DNA of 64,000 nt. It comes from a virus. The stretch is from the IMG/VR virus record IMGVR_UViG_3300006310_000001; one strand, given 5' to 3'. This document shows positions 39,201 through 48,181 of the stretch, piece by piece; position 1 is the first letter of the stretch, and each line of letters opens with the position of its first letter. Made by a program: the position numbers and the translations under genes. Under the pieces are notes generated by a model. It had not been told where the DNA came from. It was given only the letters and a program-made list of their open reading frames with translations, and did not search any database.

Positions 39201-42200
39201 AAAGTCATATTTCTTATATTATTTTTTTCGTTAAGTAATAACCAGTTACAAGCTTTGTTATTTTCTAATTTTTTAACTTTTAATGTTATGTCACCACCAG
39301 TACCAACATCTGCCGAGTTTAATGTAATTATATCATTAACTTCAAAATTAATACCACCGTGATAAGTTATAATTTGTGTTGCGACACCACCTGATATCAC
39401 TACGTTCCATACTGAAGCATCCCCATTTTGTGGATAAACTTTTTCTCCTTCATCACAATGATATTTTAAACCTGATAATTTGATAGTATCACTTGCTGAT
39501 AATCCGTGGTTAGTGGAAGTTGTAATTGTAATAACACCTGTACCGTGAACATATGGAGCATTTGTTACCGTAAATTTACCATAAGCGGCATTTGTAACTA
39601 TACCACCATCAACATATGAGTGTTCTCTAGGATCAGTACCTACATTGATTGTAAATGAATCAGCGGCTGGTACATCTAAAACTGTATAACTTCTTTCGGC
39701 TCTACCTTGGTGAATATAATTGTAAGCACCATCTGTTGCACCACTAGCATTTTGTAATAATTCTACTGTTGCAATTTGAGAACCTGTACCACTTGCTGGA
39801 TGTATTCTTGTATTTCTTAAACTTTCTCCAACTATTGAAACACCTTCTCTTACTCTCATTGGTAATTGTTCTGTGAAAGTACCGTTTTTAAGTCTGATTG
39901 TATCTCCTGCAGTACTCTTAACTTTAAAGTTTAAAACATTAGAACCACCAACTCGTTTATAAGTGAAAGCGTCAACAGATTTCTGTTCGCTAGTTACATA
40001 GGTAACTTTTTGAGAAGTACCACCACTTACATAAGTATGTGCAAATCCTGATTTGTCAGTACCAAAAATATATGTATTGGCGTCAACTACATTATAAACT
40101 TTAAATATTCCTGAACTAAAAGTATTATCAGGATATGTTTTACTTCCCATAGAACAAGAGAATAATATACTATCTAATTTAACTAAATCGCCATTTGCTA
40201 ATCCGTGTAAAGTAGCTGTTACTGTAATAAGTCCTGTTAGATTATCATAGACAGCATTAGTAACTGCTGATGAACTACCAACAGTTGAAACTGTTGCTAA
40301 TCTAACTGTACCACCACTAACGTAAGTATGTGCAACATCACTTGGTGGTAAAAAGAAATTTAATTCTGTAGCTGATTTTGTTGATACAACAGGATAAACT
40401 CCTGAAACTGGAACTTGTGGATAAACTTTATCACCAAATTCGCAATTTGTTTTAATTCCAAATAAGTTAACTGTATCACTTGCTGATAATCCATTCGTTG
40501 CTGTAGTAAGTACAGCTTTACCTGTCGCTATATTATAAACAAAATTTGTAACTGCTAGTCTACTGTTATCTGATTTAACAACTTCACCACCACTTACATA
40601 AGTTTGTGCAACAGTACTTGTTCCAATATCAACTTGAAATGTTGTTGTTGTTAAATTTGCTGCTTCTACTGTAAATGCTGTACTTGTTGAAATTACAGGA
40701 TATGTTTTATTTCCTGTAGGACAACTTACTAGTAAATCTCTTATTTCAACTAAATCTCCAACACTTCTAGCGTGAGGAATTGCTGTAGTTACATCTCCAC
40801 CTGTAGGACCTGTAAACCCTATATCATTACCATCAATTCTAACGCACTCATCTACTTTATGGTTAGCTGAACCGTTAACTATATCAACTTTAACAGAACC
40901 ACCTTTAGTATTAACTCTATAGAGTGATGGACCACCAACTTCTGGATATGTTTTTGCACCGTTAGAACAAGTATAATTTAATCCCCATAATCTTACTTTA
41001 TTAGTTGCTAATAATCCGTGAGCTGTAGAAGTGTGAATTGTAATAACACCTGAACCGTGAGCATATGGAGCGTTAGTTATTGTTAAAGTAGTATCATCTG
41101 CTTTTCTAACTGTACCACCACTTACATAAGTATGAGCATTGGTGTCAGTTCCCATTTGAATTTCAAAAGAATTAGCAGTTATATTATATTGACTAACTTC
41201 AAATTCTCTTGAAGAAATTCCACGAATATTATTATAAACGTCTTCCGTACCGCCGATACCACCAGACTGTTCTTTTATTTCTCTAATAGCGTGATGTTTT
41301 GCGTGTTTAACAGCATATGCTAATGTTTTATAAGGTTGACTTTCTGATCCTGAATCACCATCTACTCCTGTTGGAGAAACCCATATAACATTTTTAGCTG
41401 AATTACCAGACCATAGAACATCAAAACCATCATTAGTTAATACTGAACCTGGAAGACCTATAGGTAATCTAGCAGTACCAGCTTCGGACTGCGTAATCAT
41501 ATCACCACGAGTCTGTAATACAGCACCAGAGTCACCTAAAGCAATTCCTTGCCAAACTGTTCCATCTGTACCTGGTTCTATATTAAGAACTTGGTCTTTT
41601 AAATTAACATAAGAGTTAGAAAGATATCTAACTGTTTCACCAATATTATAAGTTGTAGATGTACTATATGCACCTGTCCATTTAAATCCTTCAACTACTA
41701 AAGACCAATAAGTTGTATTTACAATACCAGTATTTAATGAAGGTCTTTGACTTTGAGCGTCTAATACGCATACATAAGAATTACCACCATACTGAACTGT
41801 ATCACCAGTTTTGTATAATGTTCCGTGTACATAAACACCTTGTGCTTTAAAACCTGTAGTTACTACATCCCAAAACTTTTTATTTGACCGATTATAAATA
41901 AAGTTTGAAATATTTTTATCTGCGCTTGTAGTATATGAAATCTTTTGAGAAGTACCACCACTTACATAAGTATGAACAATTGCTGATTTATCAGTAGCAA
42001 CAACATATGTACTTGAATCAGGTACATCATAAACTTTAAATATTCCTGAATAGTTTGTAGTATTAGGATATGTTTTTTGTCCTGTTGAACATTCAACTAC
42101 TATACTATCTAATTTAACTAAATCATTTCTACTTAATCCGTGAGTAGCAGATGTTACTGTAATAAGTCCTGTTGCATTATCATAAGAAAAACCAGTAAGA

Positions 42201-43549
42201 GCAGTTGAACTTCCAACATTTGAAACTGTTGCTAATTTAACTGTACCACCACTTACATAAGTATGGTCAATATTACTTGGTGCTAAAAAGATACTTAATT
42301 TTGTAGCTGATGGACTTGCTTTAACAGGATAAAGTCCTGAATAAGGTGCTTGTGGATAAACTTTAGTTCCAAAAGCACAAGTTGTTTGAACTCCAAATAC
42401 ATCTATTGTATCACTTGCTGATAATCCGTGCGTTGCTGTAGTAATTACTACTTTACCAGTTGCTGTATTATAAACAAAACCTGTAATTGCTAATCTAGTA
42501 CCATTAGATTTAAGAACCGTACCACCACTAACATAAGATTGTGCAATAGCACTTGTTCCTAATTCAATTTGGAAATTAGTTGCTGTTAAATTTGTTGCCT
42601 CTACTGTAAATTGAGTAGAAGTTGAGTGTATTGGATATGTTTTCTGTCCTGTATCACATTGTACTACTATATCTCTTACTTCAATTAAATCGGAAACACT
42701 TCTTCCGTGAGCAGTTGATGTAGTAATATCTCCACCTGTTGTTTCTTGTACAGCTGGAGTTCCTGGTGTATTGCCAGAAGATTCATTTGATTGAACATAA
42801 ACATAAGAATACCCACCATAAGTTACTACATCACCTTGTTGGTAAACTGTAGCAGCGTTATAAGAATCTTCAAATTGTAAACCTTCTGAATAAACTGAAA
42901 AATTTTCTTCAGCAAAATCTGATAGAGCACCACCCGAAGTATGAGCAACAATACATTTATATTGATATGCACCAAATTTAACAACATCATCTAATTTGTA
43001 ATATGTGTTAACTTGGAAGTCGCCTTTAAATGCTAAACCTTCACTATAGATATCAAAGTTTCCTAAAACTATATTGATATCTCCACCAGCCGCTGATGTA
43101 TGTTCAGTAGTACATCTATATGTTCTACCACCATACTTAACTAGGTCGTTTAATTTGTATTGTGTACTAGAAGCATAATCACCTTTAAAAATAATACCAT
43201 CACTAAATTGTTCAAATTTAGACTGGTCTAAAACTGTGCCTGATGATGTGTATTGAGTAGTACAACGGTATTGTTTACCACCATAAGAAACTAGGTCGTT
43301 TAATTTGTACCAAGTTCCGTCAGCATATGCACCTTTAAAGTAAAATGATTCTTGGTGTAATTGCCAATATTCTGTAAATGTTCCAGGACTTGTATAAAAA
43401 TCTTGTTCTGTTGCTGGTGACGTGTGATTTTGAATACACACATAAGCATTACCACCATATTTTGCGATATCATCAATAACATAGCCAGTTGTTCCTGACC
43501 AATCGCCTCTCCATTTAAACTTTAATCGTCCTAATTTGAAATCTGCCAT
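36260..43549 (-). CDS. Giant tail fibre / receptor-binding protein (2429 aa)
   Basis: N-terminal carbohydrate-binding-like repeats (Y..DDV.YGG..Y.C...HTS), a parallel beta-helix-like core, 12 inserted ~95-aa modules and a C-terminal LPASP..GD..LTVDRNG domain. Confidence 0.75.
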   Translation of the reverse strand: MADFKLGRLKFKWRGDWSGTTGYVIDDIAKYGGNAYVCIQNHTSPATEQDFYTSPGTFTEYWQLHQESFYFKGAYADGTWYKLNDLVSYGGKQYRCTTQYTSSGTVLDQSKFEQFSDGIIFKGDYASSTQYKLNDLVKYGGRTYRCTTEHTSAAGGDINIVLGNFDIYSEGLAFKGDFQVNTYYKLDDVVKFGAYQYKCIVAHTSGGALSDFAEENFSVYSEGLQFEDSYNAATVYQQGDVVTYGGYSYVYVQSNESSGNTPGTPAVQETTGGDITTSTAHGRSVSDLIEVRDIVVQCDTGQKTYPIHSTSTQFTVEATNLTATNFQIELGTSAIAQSYVSGGTVLKSNGTRLAITGFVYNTATGKVVITTATHGLSASDTIDVFGVQTTCAFGTKVYPQAPYSGLYPVKASPSATKLSIFLAPSNIDHTYVSGGTVKLATVSNVGSSTALTGFSYDNATGLITVTSATHGLSRNDLVKLDSIVVECSTGQKTYPNTTNYSGIFKVYDVPDSSTYVVATDKSAIVHTYVSGGTSQKISYTTSADKNISNFIYNRSNKKFWDVVTTGFKAQGVYVHGTLYKTGDTVQYGGNSYVCVLDAQSQRPSLNTGIVNTTYWSLVVEGFKWTGAYSTSTTYNIGETVRYLSNSYVNLKDQVLNIEPGTDGTVWQGIALGDSGAVLQTRGDMITQSEAGTARLPIGLPGSVLTNDGFDVLWSGNSAKNVIWVSPTGVDGDSGSESQPYKTLAYAVKHAKHHAIREIKEQSGGIGGTEDVYNNIRGISSREFEVSQYNITANSFEIQMGTDTNAHTYVSGGTVRKADDTTLTITNAPYAHGSGVITIHTSTAHGLLATNKVRLWGLNYTCSNGAKTYPEVGGPSLYRVNTKGGSVKVDIVNGSANHKVDECVRIDGNDIGFTGPTGGDVTTAIPHARSVGDLVEIRDLLVSCPTGNKTYPVISTSTAFTVEAANLTTTTFQVDIGTSTVAQTYVSGGEVVKSDNSRLAVTNFVYNIATGKAVLTTATNGLSASDTVNLFGIKTNCEFGDKVYPQVPVSGVYPVVSTKSATELNFFLPPSDVAHTYVSGGTVRLATVSTVGSSSAVTNAVYDNLTGLITVTATLHGLANGDLVKLDSILFSCSMGSKTYPDNTFSSGIFKVYNVVDANTYIFGTDKSGFAHTYVSGGTSQKVTYVTSEQKSVDAFTYKRVGGSNVLNFKVKSTAGDTIRLKNGTFTEQLPMRVREGVSIVGESLRNTRIHPASGTGSQIATVELLQNASGATDGAYNYIHQGRAERSYTVLDVPAADSFTINVGTDPREHSYVDGGIVTNAAYGKFTVTNAPYVHGTGVITITTSTNHGLSASDTIKLSGLKYHCDEGEKVYPQNGDASVWNVVISGGVATQIITYHGGINFEVNDIITLNSADVGTGGDITLKVKKLENNKACNWLLLNEKNNIRNMTFLDLNEKKQSGGLYQVTVTSGTEFTVQMGTSTFVHTYKSGGHVIAVGNESVKLGLSNILYNNANGRVTVTTSNSHSLTTGDWVTLGKMKFECDLGEKVYPSGPYEQALTSLDPIGNIYLTSPYVQNCTSLNPGACGVQIDGNLHLRPFPRSYKSMLANDFTQINEDGIGIHILGYGRVEAVSVFVYYCDKAVYAESGGFIRALNCSHAYGEQGVVASGTNEAEVPINLKSRGMMLQWDKDTFGGTATASDIENSIAVQGQGTATIVGSESGATATLFRYNVSLLYLHIENITGNFKQGETVTITKEDSTTFTVDLDGYFGGQSGSTGADVTTALAHGRSSGELIEVSDVILSCLSSDSTVIGNKTYPVSSTTTQFTVEAPNLTGTTFQVDLGTSNTAQSYVSGGTLLKTGGTRLSISNFVYDIATGKAIITTPTHGLSASDTVNLFGIKTSCVYGVKIYPQVPTSGIFNVKSSSSATKLNFFLAPSDIEHTYVSGGTVKSATPTSVGSATEISSASYDNVTGLITVGSTGHGLIVNDLVQVQGMQFTCSTGSKAYPDDILSSGIFKVYDVPDANTYIFGVDKSAIAHTYVIGGTSQKVTIATSNSVNVSGFVFNRTAAAQQGQRGPLIAMKSGTTTLNAVDMIALASNVKFPNDNTFYRVGLVSEEDTSAGTAVIRLTSSIGLSKAKNEDTVNDITKEYSNIRLTGHDFLDIGTGDFTSTNYPLPPLQASDQSDEVIEVNGGRVYWVSTDQTGDFRVGDLFKIEQATGSATLNADAFNLSGLSELKLGSIGAELGAAINEFSTDATLGGNSNTAIPTENAVVGYMTRDNAGTGAWVPPTGTSAQRPVGGELFAGALRYNSSIISWEGYNGTSWTGLAGGTPWTTLVGDGSTVPVAIGGQRLLIDTSLFAMTVKLPASPLVGDSLVFLDLNGSFQLRPLTVDRNGQDIMNLQQDMIADINHAGFTLVYTGSTNGWKLVEVA
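37365..42743 (-). repeat. Three ~285-aa repeat blocks (about 41885-42743, 39955-40806 and 37365-38229) plus single modules inside the giant fibre gene
   Basis: Recurring HG...C-x-x-G-x-K-x-YP...HTYVSGG motifs; near-identical DNA GTACCACCACT(T/A)AC at about 37713, 37989, 40017, 40308, 41112, 41952, 42243 and 42519. Confidence 0.85.
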
Positions 43550-43583
43550 TTTTCTCTCTATTTACCTACTAATTTTGTCCATC

Positions 43584-44204
43584 TTAAACAGCGCTTTGAT
43601 AAGTCGTTGCATTAACCGTTGACGTTAAATCTTCAAAAGTATTAAAGTCATCAATTGCTAATTCTGACCTTATTGCTATTTGCTTACTTCTTCTAACTAA
43701 ATCTCCACTATCACTATTTATAAGAAATGTAGTTGTGGTATCATCTGAATATTTAATTTGTTGGTACCTATCGCTATCATTATTATAGTATCTTTTATTA
43801 ATTTGACCAACCACAATACTAGCACCTGACGCTGGAATTAATACGAAATTTAGTGATGTTCCACCTGTTAATGTATAGGTTGAAAATGCTTCTTGTCTAA
43901 CACCATCCATAAAACAAGCTATTCTTGTTTCATTTAAAACTGGTGTTGATATTGTAAATTGTTTGGTAGCACCGTCACCTGTGAAATATTGAACTTCAAA
44001 CATCTCTAATCTTTCTTCAAGGTAATCTCCTTCATCTCTAGCAACACTATCAGATTTACCATCTTCATAGTACTTTGATACTTCTATTGGTTGAGTAGTA
44101 AAATTTGGATCAATAGAAGATAGATAACACATACCCTCTTTAGTACGTCTTATACCATTGAATACTTTTTGTTTTTTGATTTCTCCTGGGATTATATAAG
44201 CCAT
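43584..44204 (-). CDS. Probable virion structural protein
   Basis: FTGDGATKQFTIS...FMDGVRQE...YTLTGGTSLNF..PASGASIVV module typical of aquatic phage tail proteins; AATAAATA upstream at 44217-44228. Confidence 0.55.
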   Translation of the reverse strand: MAYIIPGEIKKQKVFNGIRRTKEGMCYLSSIDPNFTTQPIEVSKYYEDGKSDSVARDEGDYLEERLEMFEVQYFTGDGATKQFTISTPVLNETRIACFMDGVRQEAFSTYTLTGGTSLNFVLIPASGASIVVGQINKRYYNNDSDRYQQIKYSDDTTTTFLINSDSGDLVRRSKQIAIRSELAIDDFNTFEDLTSTVNATTYQSAV

Positions 44205-44226
44205 TTTATTTCTCTATATTTATTTA

Positions 44227-44574
44227 TTAAGTTATTGCCAATATACTTGCTACTGCCTCAACATCAACAGAAGTTGAATCAGGAGAAGGATCAGCGACCA
44301 CTCTTAATATGTCATTGTTCTCCAAATTTACTGGTTTATCTAAAGTTAATGTATTACTAGCAGGAACTTCTAAATTTCTACCTATATGTCTATAAGTTGT
44401 TCCACCGTCAGTAGTAACTTTTACATTAACTCTTGCTGTACTGTATCCACTTTTATTTGAAATATATAATGCGTGAATTACAGCAGTTTCAGAACCGCCT
44501 GCTGTATATAAATCTGCTGAGGAATTATCTAAAACCCCTACAGTCATTCCTGCATTTTTAAATGTTGACGGCAT
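44227..44574 (-). CDS. Probable virion structural protein
   Basis: 115-aa beta-rich ORF (LYTAGG..TAVIHALYISN...DKPVNLENNDILRV). Confidence 0.55.
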   Translation of the reverse strand: MPSTFKNAGMTVGVLDNSSADLYTAGGSETAVIHALYISNKSGYSTARVNVKVTTDGGTTYRHIGRNLEVPASNTLTLDKPVNLENNDILRVVADPSPDSTSVDVEAVASILAIT

Positions 44575-44589
44575 AATCTTTCAACAAAC

Positions 44590-44970
44590 CTATGAACCAA
44601 AAACTACAGAATATGCTAATGCGTCATCCGAAGTACCAATAGTACCTGAAGTGTTAGGTAATTTTAATATTCTATCTGCTGTTGGTTCTTCTACTGATAA
44701 AGTAGTTTCAAACGCATTTTCTAAATTCCCTTCAAATATAAAATTTGATCCGTTCATAGTAATATCTCTATTTGTAATAGAACCATTACTAGTTGCGTCT
44801 TGCAAAGTTACCGAACCTGCACCACCAATTTCTTTAATCTGTCCAGCTGATTTTTTTATATAAAATTTACCATCTGTTACATTAACAGCCAACTCTCCAA
44901 CATCCATATTATTTGCGTCTGGAATACGAGTTGCTACTTCTGTACGGTATGGTTTTATTTTTGTTGCCAT
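44590..44970 (-). CDS. Tail-fibre-related protein
   Basis: GELAVNVTDGKFY N-terminal motif; FEG..NAFET..PTADR...LP module shared with 58782-59714. Confidence 0.55.
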   Translation of the reverse strand: MATKIKPYRTEVATRIPDANNMDVGELAVNVTDGKFYIKKSAGQIKEIGGAGSVTLQDATSNGSITNRDITMNGSNFIFEGNLENAFETTLSVEEPTADRILKLPNTSGTIGTSDDALAYSVVFGS

Positions 44971-44973
44971 AGT

Positions 44974-45195
44974 TTATTTCTTCCTTTTTAATTTCGCCCT
45001 AAATTTAATTCTATTTACTAATTTTGTTTTAGATAATCTTCTATCTAATTCAATTCCTAATTTTCTACCAATTCTCTCTAATTCTTTTTTTGTTTTGTTC
45101 TTTAAATCTTTAATTGTAATAGTAGTAGTCTTTGGTTTAACTGGTTCGTAAGAACTAACTGTTTTATTAATTAATCTTTTTATCCAACCAAACAT
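44974..45195 (-). CDS. Small basic hypothetical protein (possible Rho-N/HeH-like motif)
   Basis: LKNKTKKELERIGRKLGIELDRRLSKTKLVNRI. Confidence 0.5.
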   Translation of the reverse strand: MFGWIKRLINKTVSSYEPVKPKTTTITIKDLKNKTKKELERIGRKLGIELDRRLSKTKLVNRIKFRAKLKRKK

Positions 45196-46907
45196 TAGAA
45201 AGTTCCTCCATCTACTGTAGTTACTTCAACGTCACCAGCTGTTATTGTAAAGTTATCAGCAGAAAAAGAAGCAACACCAATGTTTGATGTACTTGCTAAT
45301 TCTCCAACTATTTGTAATTGATTGCCACTAGCAATTGTATTAATTCCTTCACCTGCTAAAAATTCTAAAGTGCCTCCAATTGAAACTTGTCCTTGTGTTG
45401 AAGACTCATCTTTGAAATAAAGAGGATCAGCAAATTTAGCACCTGTTAAAGTATTATTTGCAATCATTGAATCTGTAACACCTAAAGGTTTAACTCTTAT
45501 TTGGTCACCTGAAACTTCAATTGAACTATTATCAGGATTTGTATCTATCGTATTACCATCTTTAATCAAACCTGCACCTGCAGTAATTTGACCTGCACCA
45601 GAAAATTGTGATACATCTAAATCAGTTGTTCCAAATACTGGTTGTCCTGTATGTGTAAATGTATATCCATTGTTAGAACCAATAGTTCCTTCTTCTACAA
45701 ATACAAATGAACCACCACTTAATTCAGATGGTTGGTCTTCTGGAGTTGCTCTTGTTAATATAAAAGGAGTTGATCCAGTACCAACTTGGTCAACTTTATA
45801 AATACCGTTTTCGGTTGCGTCTGTTTGGTCTTTAACTAAAAGTCTATCGTTAACACTTAATGCTATATCGTCAACTGATATTGCACCGTTAAAATCTGCT
45901 GTTAATGTTGCACCAACACCTAATGTTCCATTATTATAAGTTGCTACTAAATCAGCAGTTGTTGCTGCTTTACAAGATGGTTTAGTATCTAAACCTTGAG
46001 CAACTTGGTCAACGTATGCTTTGTTTGCAACTGATTGATTTTGAAATCCTGCTCTATCTTCATAACCACTTGGTAAAATAACTGTACCTGTTCCGTGTGG
46101 TGTTAAATTAATATTTTTATTTGCCGCTGTTGTTGTAACTGATTGACCGTCAATTGTAATGTCATCAATTACTAAAGAAGTTAATCCTGCAATATCTGTT
46201 TCAGTAGCACCTAAAGTTAATACTGAACTACCTAATGTTGTAGTAGGATTTGCTAAATTAGAATTTGATATACCTGCACTACCCGATAAATTTGAATCTG
46301 TTAATGTGTTCGCCTGAATTTCTACATTGTTATCGGTAACAACTGTATCCATACCTGCGCCACCAGCGAAAGTTAATGTTTCAGCTGTATTGTAAGTATC
46401 TGTTCCTGTATCACCTGCTAAATCAATATATTGATTAACAGTCATAAACTCTAAATTACCAGCACCGTCAGTTTTTAAGAACTGACCAGGAGAACCATCA
46501 GCACCTGGTAATGCAAATGTTGTTGTAGCTGATAGTAAGTTAGGTGCTTTAAGTCCTACAAAGTTAGTACCGTTATTAGTACCTTCATTAAATTTTATTG
46601 TTCCACCTACACTAGTAGAATTACCTACAATGAATTCGTCTATTGCTTTATTTGAATCTATTATTACAGCACCGTTTGCTGTTAATGTACCTTGTACGTG
46701 ATCCAAAATTTCAGCGAAATATTGTCCACCGATAACTGATATATTATTTGCGTCACCATTTCCATCAACTCCACCTTCCCCAATGAATAATCTATCTCCT
46801 AGATTACCTTGAGTTCCTGTTCCATAAGTAAATGCTAATTCCCCAAGTTTTAATGTAGCTGGTGCTGAAGTACTTGATGAACGTTTTATCTGTATTACTG
46901 TTGCCAT
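45195..46907 (-). CDS. Tail fibre protein
   Basis: MATVIQIKRSS...LKLGELAFTY N-terminus, VANKAYVD, RLLVKDQTDATENGIY, DLDVSQFSGAG. Confidence 0.7.
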   Translation of the reverse strand: MATVIQIKRSSSTSAPATLKLGELAFTYGTGTQGNLGDRLFIGEGGVDGNGDANNISVIGGQYFAEILDHVQGTLTANGAVIIDSNKAIDEFIVGNSTSVGGTIKFNEGTNNGTNFVGLKAPNLLSATTTFALPGADGSPGQFLKTDGAGNLEFMTVNQYIDLAGDTGTDTYNTAETLTFAGGAGMDTVVTDNNVEIQANTLTDSNLSGSAGISNSNLANPTTTLGSSVLTLGATETDIAGLTSLVIDDITIDGQSVTTTAANKNINLTPHGTGTVILPSGYEDRAGFQNQSVANKAYVDQVAQGLDTKPSCKAATTADLVATYNNGTLGVGATLTADFNGAISVDDIALSVNDRLLVKDQTDATENGIYKVDQVGTGSTPFILTRATPEDQPSELSGGSFVFVEEGTIGSNNGYTFTHTGQPVFGTTDLDVSQFSGAGQITAGAGLIKDGNTIDTNPDNSSIEVSGDQIRVKPLGVTDSMIANNTLTGAKFADPLYFKDESSTQGQVSIGGTLEFLAGEGINTIASGNQLQIVGELASTSNIGVASFSADNFTITAGDVEVTTVDGGTF

Positions 46908-46917
46908 ATGCTAGTTT

Positions 46918-47196
46918 TTAAAAACTCCCACAATTAAATAATAGTGTTCCTGTTGTAGTAACTATTTCGGTTCTAGTTACAAATTTATTATCACTAGACC
47001 TATATTGAATCATTGCGCCATCATCTAAATGTGTTGTGTCAACATCACCAAGAAGAGCAAATTTTAGGGAAGAATTTTGTACTGCTACCGTAGATGGTAA
47101 AGTTACCGAAACTGCCTCTGGACCATCTCCAGTATTTACATTTATATTTGCTGTTGTAGTAGTTTTTTGCCCTACCGTGGCTGTAATATCTGCCAT
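46918..47196 (-). CDS. Hypothetical virion-associated protein
   Basis: 92-aa Thr-rich ORF with SD; LGDVDTTHLDDGAMIQY motif. Confidence 0.55.
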   Translation of the reverse strand: MADITATVGQKTTTTANINVNTGDGPEAVSVTLPSTVAVQNSSLKFALLGDVDTTHLDDGAMIQYRSSDNKFVTRTEIVTTTGTLLFNCGSF

Positions 47197-47214
47197 CCAA
47201 TTCTCTCCTGTGAA

Positions 47215-47222
47215 TATTTATA
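47215..47222 (-). promoter_or_regulatory. Late promoter TATAAATA
   Basis: Exact intergenic motif followed by AGGAGAG. Confidence 0.75.
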
Positions 47223-47230
47223 ATATTTAA

Positions 47231-47566
47231 TTAGACAGTAACCTGTGGTCTTACAGTTATAATGCCTTCAATAACTCTAGTAACTCCAGCATCCTTTGTA
47301 ATCTCAAGGTCGTACACATATCTCTCAGCATCCAAATCACCTGTTTCTGTTGCTGTTAATGAGAGAGTAACTACTCCTGTGGTAGCGTCTGCTGCTATTG
47401 AAGTAGACATATTAATTCTTGTTCTTGTGGAAGCAAAACCTTTAGCCATCTTCGCCGCCGCCGTATAACCAGTTAGGTCAAACGCCTGTCCATTAGCATC
47501 CTTTACAGTTACGTCTGAACTAAAGGTTGCGCCTTGGTCTATCGTTAGATTAGCTATTGCTGCCAT
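47231..47566 (-). CDS. Ig-like virion structural protein (BppU-like)
   Basis: LTIDQGATF...FDLTGYTA...GVVTLSLTATET...YVYDLEI...RVIEGIITVRP. Confidence 0.65.
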   Translation of the reverse strand: MAAIANLTIDQGATFSSDVTVKDANGQAFDLTGYTAAAKMAKGFASTRTRINMSTSIAADATTGVVTLSLTATETGDLDAERYVYDLEITKDAGVTRVIEGIITVRPQVTV

Positions 47567-47770
47567 TTACTTTTTCTCGGATTCTGGTACTTCTTTTTTA
47601 ATCAATTTGACTATTTTTTCGTTGTAATATTTAGTTAAAACATCTATCTTTTCAATCTCAATTAAATGTCTAGTTTTGCTTACCTGGATTTCTTGTCTTA
47701 CTGCTATGCAATTCTGTAATTCAGGACTAAACTTCGTTTCATCATACTCTTTTTTGTCAATTGTTATCAT
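47567..47770 (-). CDS. Small hypothetical protein
   Basis: 67-aa ORF with a GGAG SD. Confidence 0.6.
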   Translation of the reverse strand: MITIDKKEYDETKFSPELQNCIAVRQEIQVSKTRHLIEIEKIDVLTKYYNEKIVKLIKKEVPESEKK

Positions 47771-47801
47771 ACATTTATCTCCATTTTTAAACTCATATTA
47801 C

Positions 47802-47821
47802 TATTTATACAGGTATAAATA
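47802..47821. promoter_or_regulatory. Back-to-back divergent late promoters
   Basis: TATTTATA-CAGG-TATAAATA: TATAAATA on both strands, forming a 9-bp inverted repeat. Confidence 0.8.
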
Positions 47822-47851
47822 ATAATGTTACATATTAAAAGGAGAATATTT

Positions 47852-48181
47852 ATGAGTTTCTGGACACTAATTACATACACCAGACCAAATACTGATACGG
47901 AGTGGTATCAAGTTAATGATGAAGCAAAAGCATATATAGAAAGCTTAAAAGCAGATGATGGAGCTAATCCATCTATTATATCTTACGAAAAGCTTGAGTC
48001 AAATGATGGTTTAAAGCAATATTATAAATTAAATTACAAAGATGGAGCAACTGCCGATTTATTACAAGAAAGTGATATAGGAGTTGCTAATGAAACTGCT
48101 AGAGAAAACTATTGCTCAAGTAATAATATAGTATTTACTGAGGAACTAGTTGGTGAAACTGAACCTTCAGTTACGCTTTAA
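47852..48181 (+). CDS. 109-aa acidic hypothetical protein on the opposite strand
   Basis: AAAGGAG SD before the ATG at 47852 (MSFWTLITYTRPNTDTEWY...); own late promoter. Confidence 0.75.
   Translation: MSFWTLITYTRPNTDTEWYQVNDEAKAYIESLKADDGANPSIISYEKLESNDGLKQYYKLNYKDGATADLLQESDIGVANETARENYCSSNNIVFTEELVGETEPSVTL

Noticed and set aside
41893-41900. Plus-strand TATAAATA inside the giant fibre gene
   Set aside because: An all-A/T octamer is expected many times by chance in this genome; only intergenic, gene-proximal copies were accepted.
37365-42743. Regularly recurring ~20-nt repeats resembling a CRISPR array or a DGR template/variable pair
   Set aside because: The repeats are in-frame coding motifs 270 bp or more apart with homologous intervening sequence; no cas or reverse transcriptase gene is in the window.
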